Counted from the stretch's first letter, positions 1 through 9,429 are shown. The stretch is DNA of 49,447 nt from Holosporales bacterium (GCA_031268985.1 JAIRWN010000014.1:1-49447); one strand, 5' to 3'. Numbers and translations: made by a program. Notes: generated by a model from the letters alone, not told the origin.

Positions 1-277
1 TTTTCTGGAAAAGTTTGCCGAAAAACTTTTTCGCTCGAACCCATGCGTTATCGCCGATACCGTTTTTGGCTTTGTCGGATTTAGTTATTTTTTTCGTTTC
101 ATACGCGACGCCATCAATATTAACATCCTGTTCTACAACGACTGATTGTTCTCCTGCTGTTGACGCGTCTATCAGCGCTATTTGCTGGACATTTTGACCT
201 TTGGCTTCGCACAACAGCGCTGAAGTTGAAAAAAACGCAACAATCGTCAGCAAAACCCACTTTCTACAACAAACCAT
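1..277 (-). CDS. Partial hypothetical exported protein (runs off the window start)
   Basis: My own translation from ATG at 277: MVCCRKWVLLTIVAFFSTSALLCEAKGQNVQQ...AKKFFGKLFQK, open to position 1. Signal-peptide-like N-terminus. Absent from the ORF track because it has no stop in the window. Confidence 0.6.
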   Translation of the reverse strand, partial: MVCCRKWVLLTIVAFFSTSALLCEAKGQNVQQIALIDASTAGEQSVVVEQDVNIDGVAYETKKITKSDKAKNGIGDNAWVRAKKFFGKLFQK

Positions 278-452
278 AAAACAACCTTTACAGAGTACCG
301 CAGCGCCTAATCCTACATCAAGAATATGACTGAATGCTAGCTAATAAAGATTGCCAGTAAGTTAACGGACTTGCGTGCGGCATTTTTCTGTTGAAGCAGA
401 CTTGAACTTGTCGTAGCCTCACTGCCAGCAATTGTTTTAATTGGGCTTTTAT

Positions 453-1577
453 ATGATCATTTCCGTGATATCAAGTAACGGAGAATCTCGTGTAGCTGTA
501 ACGCCGGAAATCGTTAAAAAGCTCGTGAATAAAAACTACGAAGTTAGGATTGAACAGAACGCCGGCTCTTTATCTATGATAAGTGATGAGGAATATGCCC
601 AAGCCGGTGCGATTGTGGCAAAATCTGCGAAAGACGTCCTAAAATCGGCCGATATCATTTTAACAGTCAAACTTCCGCACGTGGATTCCAAAGATATTTG
701 GACGGCAAACATCCCAAAAGGAGCGACGCTTATAGCTTTAATGAATCCCTATGTAAATAAGGACTTCCTTCTTGCTTTGGCAAATCAAGAGGTAAATTTG
801 TTGGCGCTTGAACTGATTCCGAGGACTACGCGAGCTCAAAGTATGGACGTTCTGTCGTCTCAAGCGAACCTTGCCGGGTATAAAGCCGTTATAGAAGCTG
901 CGAACGCTTATTCTTGTATATTTCCCATGATAATGACGGCTGCGGGAACAATTGCTGCTGCCAGGGCGCTTGTTATCGGAGTTGGGGTCGCCGGTCTTCA
1001 GGCAATTGCTACTGCAAGGCGTTTGGGCGCAGTAGTATCGGCTTTTGATGTGCGTTCGGCGACAAAGGAACAAGTCGAGAGTCTAGGCGCTACATTTGTT
1101 GAGGTTGACGCCGGTGAAGTCGGTGATGGCGACGGGGGATATGCCAAAGAAATGAGTGCTGAGTACAAAAAAAAGCAGGCAGAAAAACTTACTGAAGCGC
1201 TAATTAAGTCTGACATAGTTATTACAACCGCTCAGATTCCGGGAAAGCCGGCGCCAATGCTTGTAACGAAGAAGATGGTTGAATCCATGCATACGCGCTC
1301 TGTTATTGTTGACCTGGCCGTGGAATCCGGCGGTAACTGCGAATTGTCGAAGGCAGGAGAAAAGATCGTGCATAAAGGCGTCACAATAATCGGGTATGGC
1401 GATATGCCCGGAAAAATAGCGCATGACGCAAGCAAACTGTTCGCCAGAAACGTTTTCAGTATTCTGCAGCTTTTAACCAAAAATAATCAGATCTTTATAG
1501 ATACAAACGACTATATAATCTCTGCCAGTCTTCTTGCAAGCGGCGGAAAAACAACCGAAGTTCTTAACAAAATATAG
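453..1577 (+). CDS. pntA: NAD(P) transhydrogenase alpha subunit part 1 (domain I)
   Basis: Motifs ESRVAVTP, PRTTRAQSMDVLSSQANLAGYKAV, GVGVAGLQAIATARRLGA, GGYAKEMS, VDLAVESGGNC. Lacks the C-terminal TM part, so it is the split (PntAA) type. ATG 453 preferred over TTG 441. Confidence 0.95.
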   Translation: MIISVISSNGESRVAVTPEIVKKLVNKNYEVRIEQNAGSLSMISDEEYAQAGAIVAKSAKDVLKSADIILTVKLPHVDSKDIWTANIPKGATLIALMNPYVNKDFLLALANQEVNLLALELIPRTTRAQSMDVLSSQANLAGYKAVIEAANAYSCIFPMIMTAAGTIAAARALVIGVGVAGLQAIATARRLGAVVSAFDVRSATKEQVESLGATFVEVDAGEVGDGDGGYAKEMSAEYKKKQAEKLTEALIKSDIVITTAQIPGKPAPMLVTKKMVESMHTRSVIVDLAVESGGNCELSKAGEKIVHKGVTIIGYGDMPGKIAHDASKLFARNVFSILQLLTKNNQIFIDTNDYIISASLLASGGKTTEVLNKI

Positions 1578-1850
1578 GCGGAACTGCAAAGGCCCTTGTT
1601 AAAGACGATAATCCAGATACAGCCATTAGCGGCTTGCTTTGACACCCGCTGTGTCACGGTCAAAGCAACTTCAAAGGTCTATTATCTTGAAAAAATCCTC
1701 TCTCGCTACAGTCAACACACGCTTTAGCTAACATAACCCCGCATCTTCAGGTCTACTAGGCGGCCGACCGGATGCGATGCTTCGTAATCATGCAACAAAC
1801 CCTTCTTCGCTTTATCAGCCTTACATTAAGACTAAACCTTTTAACAAAGG

Positions 1851-2750
1851 TTATTGTTGTTGCTGTGCAGCTTCTCTCGCAAAAACTTTAACTTTAGACT
1901 GTGCAACAAGCCGCTTTACTAGAGCTTCCATTAACTCTTGTTTGACAACCTCAACAAGCCTTTGCTTGGAATCCTCAAACGTTGGCACCTTTGCGTCGCG
2001 AATGTCTTCTACCTTGAATATATGATAGCCCGCTTGTGATTTTACCGCGGTTTTTGTATGTTCTCCAGGTTTAAGCTCTAGGATGGCATTCTTTATTGGT
2101 TCCGGCATAATGCCTGCTATCACATAGCCTAAGTCGCCCCCTTTCTCCTTAGCCATGGAATTGTATTGATCGGCTAAAGTTGCAAAATCTGCACCTTTAT
2201 CAAGCTTACCGATTATTTCTTTTGCCATAGATTCTTCGCGCACCAGTATGTGACGAGTGCGAACCTCTTTTTCCTTCGCGATCCTTTCTGCCAGTCGCTT
2301 ATGGGCGCTTTTGAGTGCAGGTTCGGAAATTTTCGCAGTGAGCTCTTTTTCAAGATACAACTCTATCAACAATTGATCCTGCAAATCTATCAGTCTCGTG
2401 TGATAGTTTTTATCGCGATCTATTCCTGCTTGTTTTGCAGCAGCTTTTATCACCTTGGTGCGAATATTCGCTTCGAGCACGTTTAAGAACAACTTGCTAC
2501 GCTCAGGCACCTGCATATTACGTGTTTTTGCCATGTTCATATAAAGATTTACCGTTTTATCTATTTCTGATCTGCGGATAACAGTATTATTGAACGACGC
2601 AACTATCTCATCGCTTACAGATGATTTTTGCTTATCTCCTGACTGACCTTGCTGGTCTTGCTTAGCCTCGGCATAAAAAATTCCACCTAAAGGAGCAACT
2701 GCGCAAATGATGCATGAAAGAGCTATCAAGATTTTTTTGATTGTTTTCAT
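1851..2750 (-). CDS. Parvulin-type peptidyl-prolyl isomerase (PrsA/PpiC-like, exported)
   Basis: Signal peptide MKTIKKILIALSC..., RTRHILV, GADFATLA, GGDLGY, KSQAGYHIFKVED rotamase motifs. ATG 2750 chosen as start. Confidence 0.88.
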   Translation of the reverse strand: MKTIKKILIALSCIICAVAPLGGIFYAEAKQDQQGQSGDKQKSSVSDEIVASFNNTVIRRSEIDKTVNLYMNMAKTRNMQVPERSKLFLNVLEANIRTKVIKAAAKQAGIDRDKNYHTRLIDLQDQLLIELYLEKELTAKISEPALKSAHKRLAERIAKEKEVRTRHILVREESMAKEIIGKLDKGADFATLADQYNSMAKEKGGDLGYVIAGIMPEPIKNAILELKPGEHTKTAVKSQAGYHIFKVEDIRDAKVPTFEDSKQRLVEVVKQELMEALVKRLVAQSKVKVFAREAAQQQQ

Positions 2751-2846
2751 AAAACGCCCTCGAATATTAGAAATAACTCCGAACATATACAATAAAACGA
2801 TAGTTTTAGCAAAACAATAAATTCGTTATCTCAAGATATTTAGGAA

Positions 2847-3923
2847 TCATGTGCTTTTAACCGATTTATTCTTTAACAGGTTAAAAAACAACCTCTCCCA
2901 TTGTTTTACTATTTTTTCCGCCGAAAAATTTTCAATTATGTGTTTTTTGGCGTTTTTTCCAAGTTTTTCTCTCAAATCTTGGTTTTGAATGAGGGTTCCC
3001 ATTGATTCAGCAAACTGACCATCATCATTTGATTTTACCAGAAGTCCAGTTTCTCCGGGATTTATCAACTCGTCAGCGCCGCTTATGTTGGAATATATGA
3101 CCGGAAGTTCGGCAAGCATCGCTTCGCAAAGCGCATTTGGCAATCCTTCAAACCTGGAAGGCATTGCGAATATAGAACTTTTGTCGAGCACAGAAAATAC
3201 ATCCTCTGTTAACCCGCAAAGCCGAACTCGGTCTCTCAGCCCCAGGTCGTTTATTTGTTTTTGGAGCGCGTTTTTTTCCGGCCCTTCGCCCAATATTTCC
3301 ACTTTCCAATCAGAAAAATCGTTAGAAATTCTCGAAAACGATTGAATCAACAGACGATGGTTTTTGTTTTTATCAAGCCGACCAATTGCTGTTATCAGTT
3401 TTTCTCGGCGCTTGCAGTAGCATGTCTTATCAGGCAATTTGATAGGGTTAACGATTACATGAACCCGATCTTTCATATCTTTAAACTGAGCATTTATTTT
3501 AGCGGTTTGGACGACCAACAGATCTGCAAATCTATAAAGATAAAAGCCAAATCTGCTTAAGATTTTCTGTTTAAAAGAGCTGTAAAATTCTTTTGAAGTT
3601 CGCTCGCTTAGTATAAGTGGAATCCCCAAACCATAGCTGGCGGAAAGCGTTATAACGTTTTGCTGCATGAGAAACGATACAATAATATCCGGTCTAAAGC
3701 CCTTTATTACTTTTCTTAATCTTATCATCGACAGTATGTTTTTTTTTAAAGAGTTGGTATGGATCTGCTTAACTGTTGAAGTTAGGTGATAGAAACAGTT
3801 TTCGCGCCTGTCTTGAACTGCGACCGCGACATCATGACGTTCTGATAAAAGTTCAGTTAAGATTGAAATTACGCGTTCAGACCCGCCTTGACGAAGGGTT
3901 GGAATGGTGAATAATAACCTCAT
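2847..3923 (-). CDS. Glycosyltransferase family 4 (PglH/AmsD-like)
   Basis: GGSERV N-terminal motif, IGRLDKNKNH, SRFEGLPNALCEAM (EX7E motif). Confidence 0.9.
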   Translation of the reverse strand: MRLLFTIPTLRQGGSERVISILTELLSERHDVAVAVQDRRENCFYHLTSTVKQIHTNSLKKNILSMIRLRKVIKGFRPDIIVSFLMQQNVITLSASYGLGIPLILSERTSKEFYSSFKQKILSRFGFYLYRFADLLVVQTAKINAQFKDMKDRVHVIVNPIKLPDKTCYCKRREKLITAIGRLDKNKNHRLLIQSFSRISNDFSDWKVEILGEGPEKNALQKQINDLGLRDRVRLCGLTEDVFSVLDKSSIFAMPSRFEGLPNALCEAMLAELPVIYSNISGADELINPGETGLLVKSNDDGQFAESMGTLIQNQDLREKLGKNAKKHIIENFSAEKIVKQWERLFFNLLKNKSVKST

Positions 3924-3941
3924 GACGTTGGCAGGTTTTTA

Positions 3942-5078
3942 ATGGAGAAGTCGGTCCGCTTTGTAATTGGGTCAACAGCGGTTGGCGGCGCTGAGAAACA
4001 GTTGGCTTTGGTTATTCCAAAGCTGATCAAAAAGGGCTGGCGTGTCCGCTTTGTTACCCTGAGCTCGGTTGATGGCGAGCTTGCCAAAGTATTCCTGAAA
4101 AACAGCATAAACATAATAAAACCAGGCGCGTTCAAGTTCAGCAAAGGTCTCATCGGCTCGATATACAAATTTTTCTCAATACTATCATATTTATACAAGG
4201 AATTTAGGCGTTATCCTGATGCGACGACTGTATTTATGATGTCGCATTCGGCGCTTTTTGGAATGACGGCATGTTTGTTGGCGCAGGATAGAGGGCGAAA
4301 AATTTTAAGTATACGTAATACGAACGATCGTCAATATTCTTTGTTTCCAAGGTTATATGAAAAGTTTTTATACAGAATCGCTGACGCTTTTGCCGTTAAC
4401 AGTCACGAATTAGCAGACCGATTGATGAAAGTGAATAAGATTTCTCGGAATAAGGTTTACATAGTTAATAATGCCGCTGAATTTAGTCAACTCTCCCCGG
4501 TAGATACTCAATCTGTAAGAGAGAATCTTTTGCTTAATAAAAGAACAAAAGTTCTGCTTACAGTGGCCAGGCTGGTCGCGTTTAAAGGTCATGACGATCT
4601 GTTGGAGACCTTGAATATAGCCAAAGAGGATCTGTCGACCTTAACCAACGATGATTGGATATGTTTATTCGCTGGAGACGGCCCGGAAAGAAAAAAACTT
4701 GAGAATAAGGCGCGGCAGCTGAAATTGGATCGCCACATAAAATTCCTTGGAACATATGGGAATGTGAATGAATTGCTAGCAACTTGCGATCTTTTTATAT
4801 TCCCGTCTCACAAAGAAGGTATGCCGAATGCAGTTATAGAGGCTATGTATATGGGATGTGAGGTTATCGGAACAGATATTTTATGCATGAGAGAGTTAAC
4901 TCAAGGGCTGTATAAACTGGTTCCGGTCAGGTCTCCTGACAAGCTGGCCGACGCTATCGTTGCATCTATTAGGAGCCCAAATAAAGAAGTCGGCATAAAA
5001 GCAAGAGAGCTAATTAAGGAAAATTTTTCCATCGATAACGCTGTTTGTAAATGGGAACGGGTTATGCAAAAAATTTGA
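3942..5078 (+). CDS. Glycosyltransferase family 4
   Basis: GGAEKQ, VARLVAFKGH, SHKEGMPNAVIEAM. Confidence 0.9.
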   Translation: MEKSVRFVIGSTAVGGAEKQLALVIPKLIKKGWRVRFVTLSSVDGELAKVFLKNSINIIKPGAFKFSKGLIGSIYKFFSILSYLYKEFRRYPDATTVFMMSHSALFGMTACLLAQDRGRKILSIRNTNDRQYSLFPRLYEKFLYRIADAFAVNSHELADRLMKVNKISRNKVYIVNNAAEFSQLSPVDTQSVRENLLLNKRTKVLLTVARLVAFKGHDDLLETLNIAKEDLSTLTNDDWICLFAGDGPERKKLENKARQLKLDRHIKFLGTYGNVNELLATCDLFIFPSHKEGMPNAVIEAMYMGCEVIGTDILCMRELTQGLYKLVPVRSPDKLADAIVASIRSPNKEVGIKARELIKENFSIDNAVCKWERVMQKI

Positions 5079-5131
5079 TTTTGTACAAAACCTAGGTGTG
5101 TGTAGTATACGTCCTGGTCATAAAGAACGCT

Positions 5132-7492
5132 ATGAAACTGGTTATTGTAGAATCGCCCGCAAAAGCGAAAACTATCAACAAATATCTCGGCAGCGATTAC
5201 AAGGTAATTGCCAGTTATGGTCATGTGCGCGATTTGCCGTCGAAGGACGGGTCTGTCGATCCTACAAATGGATTTTCAATGACGTGGGAAATAAGCGACC
5301 GAAGTAAGCGTTATGTCGATGCGATAGTAAAAGAATCGAAAAATGCAGATGAGGTGCTGCTAGCGACCGATCCAGACCGCGAAGGAGAGGCGATATCTTG
5401 GCACGTCAAGGATATAATCTCGAGTAAAGGGATAAAAAATAAACCAATCCGACGCATAACCTTTCACGAAATAACAAAGTCGGCAATAAGCAAAGCGATC
5501 GAATCTCCCAGAGAGCTTGATAGTTCTTTGATTGAGGCTTACCTTGCAAGGCGAGCTTTGGACTATCTTGTTGGTTTTACAATATCCCCTGTGTTGTGGC
5601 GAAAATTGCCGGGTAGCAGGTCTGCCGGCCGCGTTCAATCAGTAGCCCTTAGGCTTATCGCTGATCGCGAGCTTGAGATAGAAGCCTTTAAACCGCAAGA
5701 ATTTTGGACGCTTGAAGCTTTATTTAAAAATAAAGACGGGGAGGTTTTTCCAGCAAAACTGACAGTTTTGAACGGCGAAAAACTCGATAAATTCTCACTA
5801 AACAACGCTGAACTGGCGGAATCTGCGGAATCCGCTGTAAAAAATTGCCAATATAAAGTAGAAAAAGTAGAAAAAAAATCAATAAAACGCAATCCCTGGC
5901 CGCCTTTTATAACTTCCACGTTGCAGCAGGAGGCTTCAAGGAAATTAGGATTTTCTGCAAAGCAGACTATGAGGCTGGCTCAATCTCTTTACGAAGGGGT
6001 AAATATAGACGGGGAAACGGTTGGCCTCATTACCTATATGCGTACGGACAGTGTTAACCTTGCGGGAGATGCTGTTTCGGGAATACGGGACGTGATAAAT
6101 AAAAACTTTGGTGAAAAATATCTGCCAAAATCGCCAAAAATATTCCAAAACAAAGTGAAAAATGCGCAAGAGGCCCATGAGGCTGTGCGGCCTACCAATG
6201 TCGCATTGTTACCTTCACAACTGCAAAACAATTTGGACCGGGATCTTTGGCGACTTTATGAACTTATATGGAAGCGCACCGTCGCTTGCCAAATGCAACA
6301 GGCGCTTATAGACCAAGTTATTGTTGATATATCCGACGCTAGGAATAATCATGTTTTTCGCGCGGTAGGTTCGACAATCGCATTTGACGGTTTTCTGAAG
6401 CTGTATCAAGAAGAAAAAGACGACGACAAAAAGGAAGACGAGGAGGACGCTTTGCTTCCTCCGCTCAGCGCAAACGAGCGAGTTGCCCTTGAAGACCTTG
6501 ATAAAAAACAGCATTTTACCCAATCACCACCAAGATATACAGAGGCGGGCCTTGTCAAGCGATTGGAAGAACTGGGGATTGGTCGTCCTTCTACTTACGC
6601 AAATATAATCCAAGTTTTGCAGGACCGCAGTTACGTTCGCTTGGACAAGAAACGTTTTTTCCCGGAAGAGCGAGGGATGATCGTGAACGCCTTTTTGCTG
6701 AACTACTTCACCAAATACGTTGAGTATGATTTTACGGCTGACCTAGAGCAGCGGTTGGATGATATATCCAATGCACGAATTTCTCGTTTAAAAGTTTTGG
6801 AGGATTTTTGGCAAGGATTTATAAAGATCGTTGACGCTTCTAAGGAGCTTCGTGTCTCTGAAATTTTGGACTTTGTGGAACGGAAGCTCAGCAATCATCT
6901 TTTTCCGATCAAAGAGGGAGAAAGCGCCGAGAAGACCAGAGAGTGTCCAACTTGTGGCGAAGGTCGCATTAATTTGAAACTTGGACGATATGGAGCATTC
7001 CTTGGATGTTCGTTATATCCAAAATGTTCGTTTACTCGCGCGTTATACGATGCTTCTAAATCATCCGGCGAGGAAAATAAAGAAACAGCGCCGTATGATA
7101 AATACGAACCTAAGCTCCTTGGTAAAGATCAAAAAACGAATGAAGATATAACCTTAAGGAAAGGGCCATATGGTTTTTATGTTCAACTGGGCGAAGCCAA
7201 AGCTAAGAAAAACCTAAAACGCGTAGCAGTCCCGAAAGGTATGGATCCTGAACAAATTTCCTTATCGCAGGCAAATATTCTTATCAGTCAGCCGAAAATC
7301 GTTGGCAAACACCCGGACGATGGCAAAGAGATTTCAACCGGCGTTGGACGCTTCGGCCCATACATAAAGTGCGACAACAAATATTTTTCTTTGGACTATA
7401 CGCAGCTGTTTTCCTTGTATTCTATTGACCAAGCAGTAGCTATAATGAGTGAAGTCATAAAAAAACCAAAACTAAAAAATAACAAGCGGTAG
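5132..7492 (+). CDS. topA: DNA topoisomerase I
   Basis: MKLVIVESPAKAKTI, ATDPDREGEAI, SAGRVQS, LITYMRTD (catalytic Tyr), one Zn ribbon (CPTC...CSLYPKC) and C-terminal GPYG/GRFGPY repeats. Confidence 0.98.
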   Translation: MKLVIVESPAKAKTINKYLGSDYKVIASYGHVRDLPSKDGSVDPTNGFSMTWEISDRSKRYVDAIVKESKNADEVLLATDPDREGEAISWHVKDIISSKGIKNKPIRRITFHEITKSAISKAIESPRELDSSLIEAYLARRALDYLVGFTISPVLWRKLPGSRSAGRVQSVALRLIADRELEIEAFKPQEFWTLEALFKNKDGEVFPAKLTVLNGEKLDKFSLNNAELAESAESAVKNCQYKVEKVEKKSIKRNPWPPFITSTLQQEASRKLGFSAKQTMRLAQSLYEGVNIDGETVGLITYMRTDSVNLAGDAVSGIRDVINKNFGEKYLPKSPKIFQNKVKNAQEAHEAVRPTNVALLPSQLQNNLDRDLWRLYELIWKRTVACQMQQALIDQVIVDISDARNNHVFRAVGSTIAFDGFLKLYQEEKDDDKKEDEEDALLPPLSANERVALEDLDKKQHFTQSPPRYTEAGLVKRLEELGIGRPSTYANIIQVLQDRSYVRLDKKRFFPEERGMIVNAFLLNYFTKYVEYDFTADLEQRLDDISNARISRLKVLEDFWQGFIKIVDASKELRVSEILDFVERKLSNHLFPIKEGESAEKTRECPTCGEGRINLKLGRYGAFLGCSLYPKCSFTRALYDASKSSGEENKETAPYDKYEPKLLGKDQKTNEDITLRKGPYGFYVQLGEAKAKKNLKRVAVPKGMDPEQISLSQANILISQPKIVGKHPDDGKEISTGVGRFGPYIKCDNKYFSLDYTQLFSLYSIDQAVAIMSEVIKKPKLKNNKR

Positions 7493-7594
7493 ATACAACC
7501 TGTTTCTCAAGCTATAATCTCACAAACCACCGGCTGATGATTTGTTCGCATTAAAAAAGCGTTGAAATAGAACGCTTTTAAACTTCGATAAGAT

Positions 7595-8299
7595 TTAAAA
7601 GTTATAAATCATCATCGCGCGAATCTCAAACTTGCTGGTTCCGATAGTTATTTCATAATCTTCCTCGATTTTATTTTTCTTCTCTTTCTTAAACACATAT
7701 AAGACATCCCCTCTCGCGCTCCAATTATCGCCAAACTTATAACTGCAACCCATGCCAATACGGAAAGGAGTAAAACTTTCAGATTCAGAGTTAGAAAGTC
7801 TCGTTTTTTTATTTGCCTCAAAGCATTCCGAACTGGCGCCATGGTTTTCGAGCCCAATAAGACCATATAAAAGGGTAGGAGCGTTATCAAAATAATAACC
7901 TAATCTCAAAGAGCCGCCGATTGAAAGTGTCCGGATCTTCACAGTTAGCTTAGCTTCTTCCTCGCTCTTACTATCTTCGGCTGGATTTTTTACTCCAAAA
8001 TCCAGTTCTCCGCCAATATACACCCGGTTTTCCAGCGTTTGTCCAAAACCAGCCACTAAAACAGCTCCGAAAGGCTTAGGGCTAAATTTATGTGATACAT
8101 CATCACCTCGTAATTCAACAGAACAAAAGTCAAAACCAACGCCGCCTCCGACAAAAAAACCTGAAAAACCGTTATTGTCCTCAGAAGCTGCAGCTTCTTG
8201 CTCAGAAGTCTTTCCGACTTCAGTTGCAAAGCATTTATTTGTTCCTTCTACAACAAGCCCAACAGACAACAATGCTGACAATACAAATTTTCTGTTCAT
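7595..8299 (-). CDS. Outer-membrane beta-barrel protein (porin/OMP_b-brl family), copy 1
   Basis: Signal peptide, FSGFFVGGGVG first strand, alternating hydrophobic strands, C-terminal YNF beta-signal. Confidence 0.82.
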   Translation of the reverse strand: MNRKFVLSALLSVGLVVEGTNKCFATEVGKTSEQEAAASEDNNGFSGFFVGGGVGFDFCSVELRGDDVSHKFSPKPFGAVLVAGFGQTLENRVYIGGELDFGVKNPAEDSKSEEEAKLTVKIRTLSIGGSLRLGYYFDNAPTLLYGLIGLENHGASSECFEANKKTRLSNSESESFTPFRIGMGCSYKFGDNWSARGDVLYVFKKEKKNKIEEDYEITIGTSKFEIRAMMIYNF

Positions 8300-8329
8300 A
8301 GTAATTCTCTTTTAAAACCTCAGAAGGCT

Positions 8330-8360
8330 AAGATACCCCCCCCCCCCCTCCGTTTTGCAA
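8330..8360 (-). promoter_or_regulatory. Putative sigma70 promoter with G13 tract in the spacer (OMP copy 1)
   Basis: Minus strand reads TTGCAA-aacgga-G13-TATCTT, a 19 nt spacer. The C13 run on + is 8336-8348. The -10 box lies 30 nt upstream of the ATG. Confidence 0.7.
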
Positions 8361-8420
8361 GACATTACGACTAATTTGTTGTGTTATTAAACAGCGGCGT
8401 GATTTTTGGGTAACATTAAA

Positions 8421-8567
8421 TTTTTGGACGGTCAGCAATTATTCTCATTGTCCTCAGTCGATCAAGCAATAGCCGCTATAGGCAAAGTCTCGGAAAAATC
8501 TAAGAACAGCAAGTTTAGACAGAAATTAAAAAATTCGGCATTTAAATATACGCTAAACCGATCATAA
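8421..8567 (+). pseudogene. Diverged duplicate of the topA 3' end
   Basis: Translates FLDGQQLFSLSSVDQAIAAIGKVSEKSK..., versus the topA C-terminus SLDYTQLFSLYSIDQAVAIMSEVIKKPK (7388-7492). No start codon. Confidence 0.8.
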
Positions 8568-8584
8568 TGACCGATACAATTTTG

Positions 8585-8620
8585 AAAACAAAAAAGGCAA
8601 CCGAGAAAACCGGCTGCCTT
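8585..8620 (-). terminator. Intrinsic terminator of OMP copy 2
   Basis: Minus strand AAGGCAGCCG-gttttct-CGGTTGCCTT followed by TTTTGTTTT, just downstream of the stop at 8644. Confidence 0.7.
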
Positions 8621-8643
8621 CAAAACCAGAGACGAAAAGTCGA

Positions 8644-9369
8644 TTATAATGAAAAATTGTAAAGCGCCATCGCGCGAATCTCAAACTTACCGGCTTCAAC
8701 TTTGGTCGAAACTTTTGAAATATTAAGTGACTTTTCTTTCTTAAATGCGTACAAAACATCTCCTCTCGCGCTCCAGTTATCGTCAAACTTATAATTGCAA
8801 CCGGCACCAAGACGGAAAGAAGTAAAACTCTCGGATCCAGAACCAGACACCTCAGCAGATTTAGGACCAGATACATCTAGTGTGCCGCCGTAGTTTTCGA
8901 ACCCAACAAGTCCGTATGCAAGGAGAGGAGCATTATCAAAGCTATATCCCACTTTTAGGGAACCGCCGATAGAAAATACTCGAGCCTTCGAGCTCGTCTT
9001 CAGTTCCACAGACACATTTTTAATTTTGGGTTTAACAGTCTTTTCATCTTTAGACGGGCTTTTTATTCCGATATCCAGTTCTCCACCAACATACACCTGA
9101 TTTTCCAGCGTTTGTCCAAAACCAGCCACTAAAACAGCTCCGAAAGGCTTAGGACTAAAATCGATGGATACATATTCATTTTTTACTCCAACGGAATAAA
9201 AGTCAATACCGGCGCCGCCTCCGACAAAAAAACCTGAAAAACCATTATTGTCCTCAGAAGCTGCAGATTCTTGCCCGGAAGCCTCTTCGACTTCAGCCGC
9301 AAAACACTTATTCGTCTCTCCTGCAACAAGTCCAACAGTCAATAATGCCGGCAACATAAGTTTTTTCAT
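8644..9369 (-). CDS. Outer-membrane beta-barrel protein, copy 2 (paralog of 7595-8299)
   Basis: Shares SEDNNGFSGFFVGGG, FSPKPFGAVLVAGFGQTLEN, NWSARGDVLY and KFEIRAM with copy 1. Confidence 0.82.
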   Translation of the reverse strand: MKKLMLPALLTVGLVAGETNKCFAAEVEEASGQESAASEDNNGFSGFFVGGGAGIDFYSVGVKNEYVSIDFSPKPFGAVLVAGFGQTLENQVYVGGELDIGIKSPSKDEKTVKPKIKNVSVELKTSSKARVFSIGGSLKVGYSFDNAPLLAYGLVGFENYGGTLDVSGPKSAEVSGSGSESFTSFRLGAGCNYKFDDNWSARGDVLYAFKKEKSLNISKVSTKVEAGKFEIRAMALYNFSL

Positions 9370-9400
9370 AATTAAATCTCTCTAAAATCTACACGACTTG

Positions 9401-9429
9401 AATATACCCCCCCCCCCCCGTTCTACTAA
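9401..9429 (-). promoter_or_regulatory. Putative promoter with G13 tract in the spacer (OMP copy 2)
   Basis: Minus strand reads TTAGTA-gaac-G13-TATATT, a 17 nt spacer with a weak -35. The C13 run on + is 9407-9419. The -10 box lies 31 nt upstream of the ATG. Confidence 0.62.

Noticed and set aside
15-197. 60 aa + strand ORF
   Set aside because: Antisense shadow of a more plausible minus-strand exported-protein ORF (277 to <1).
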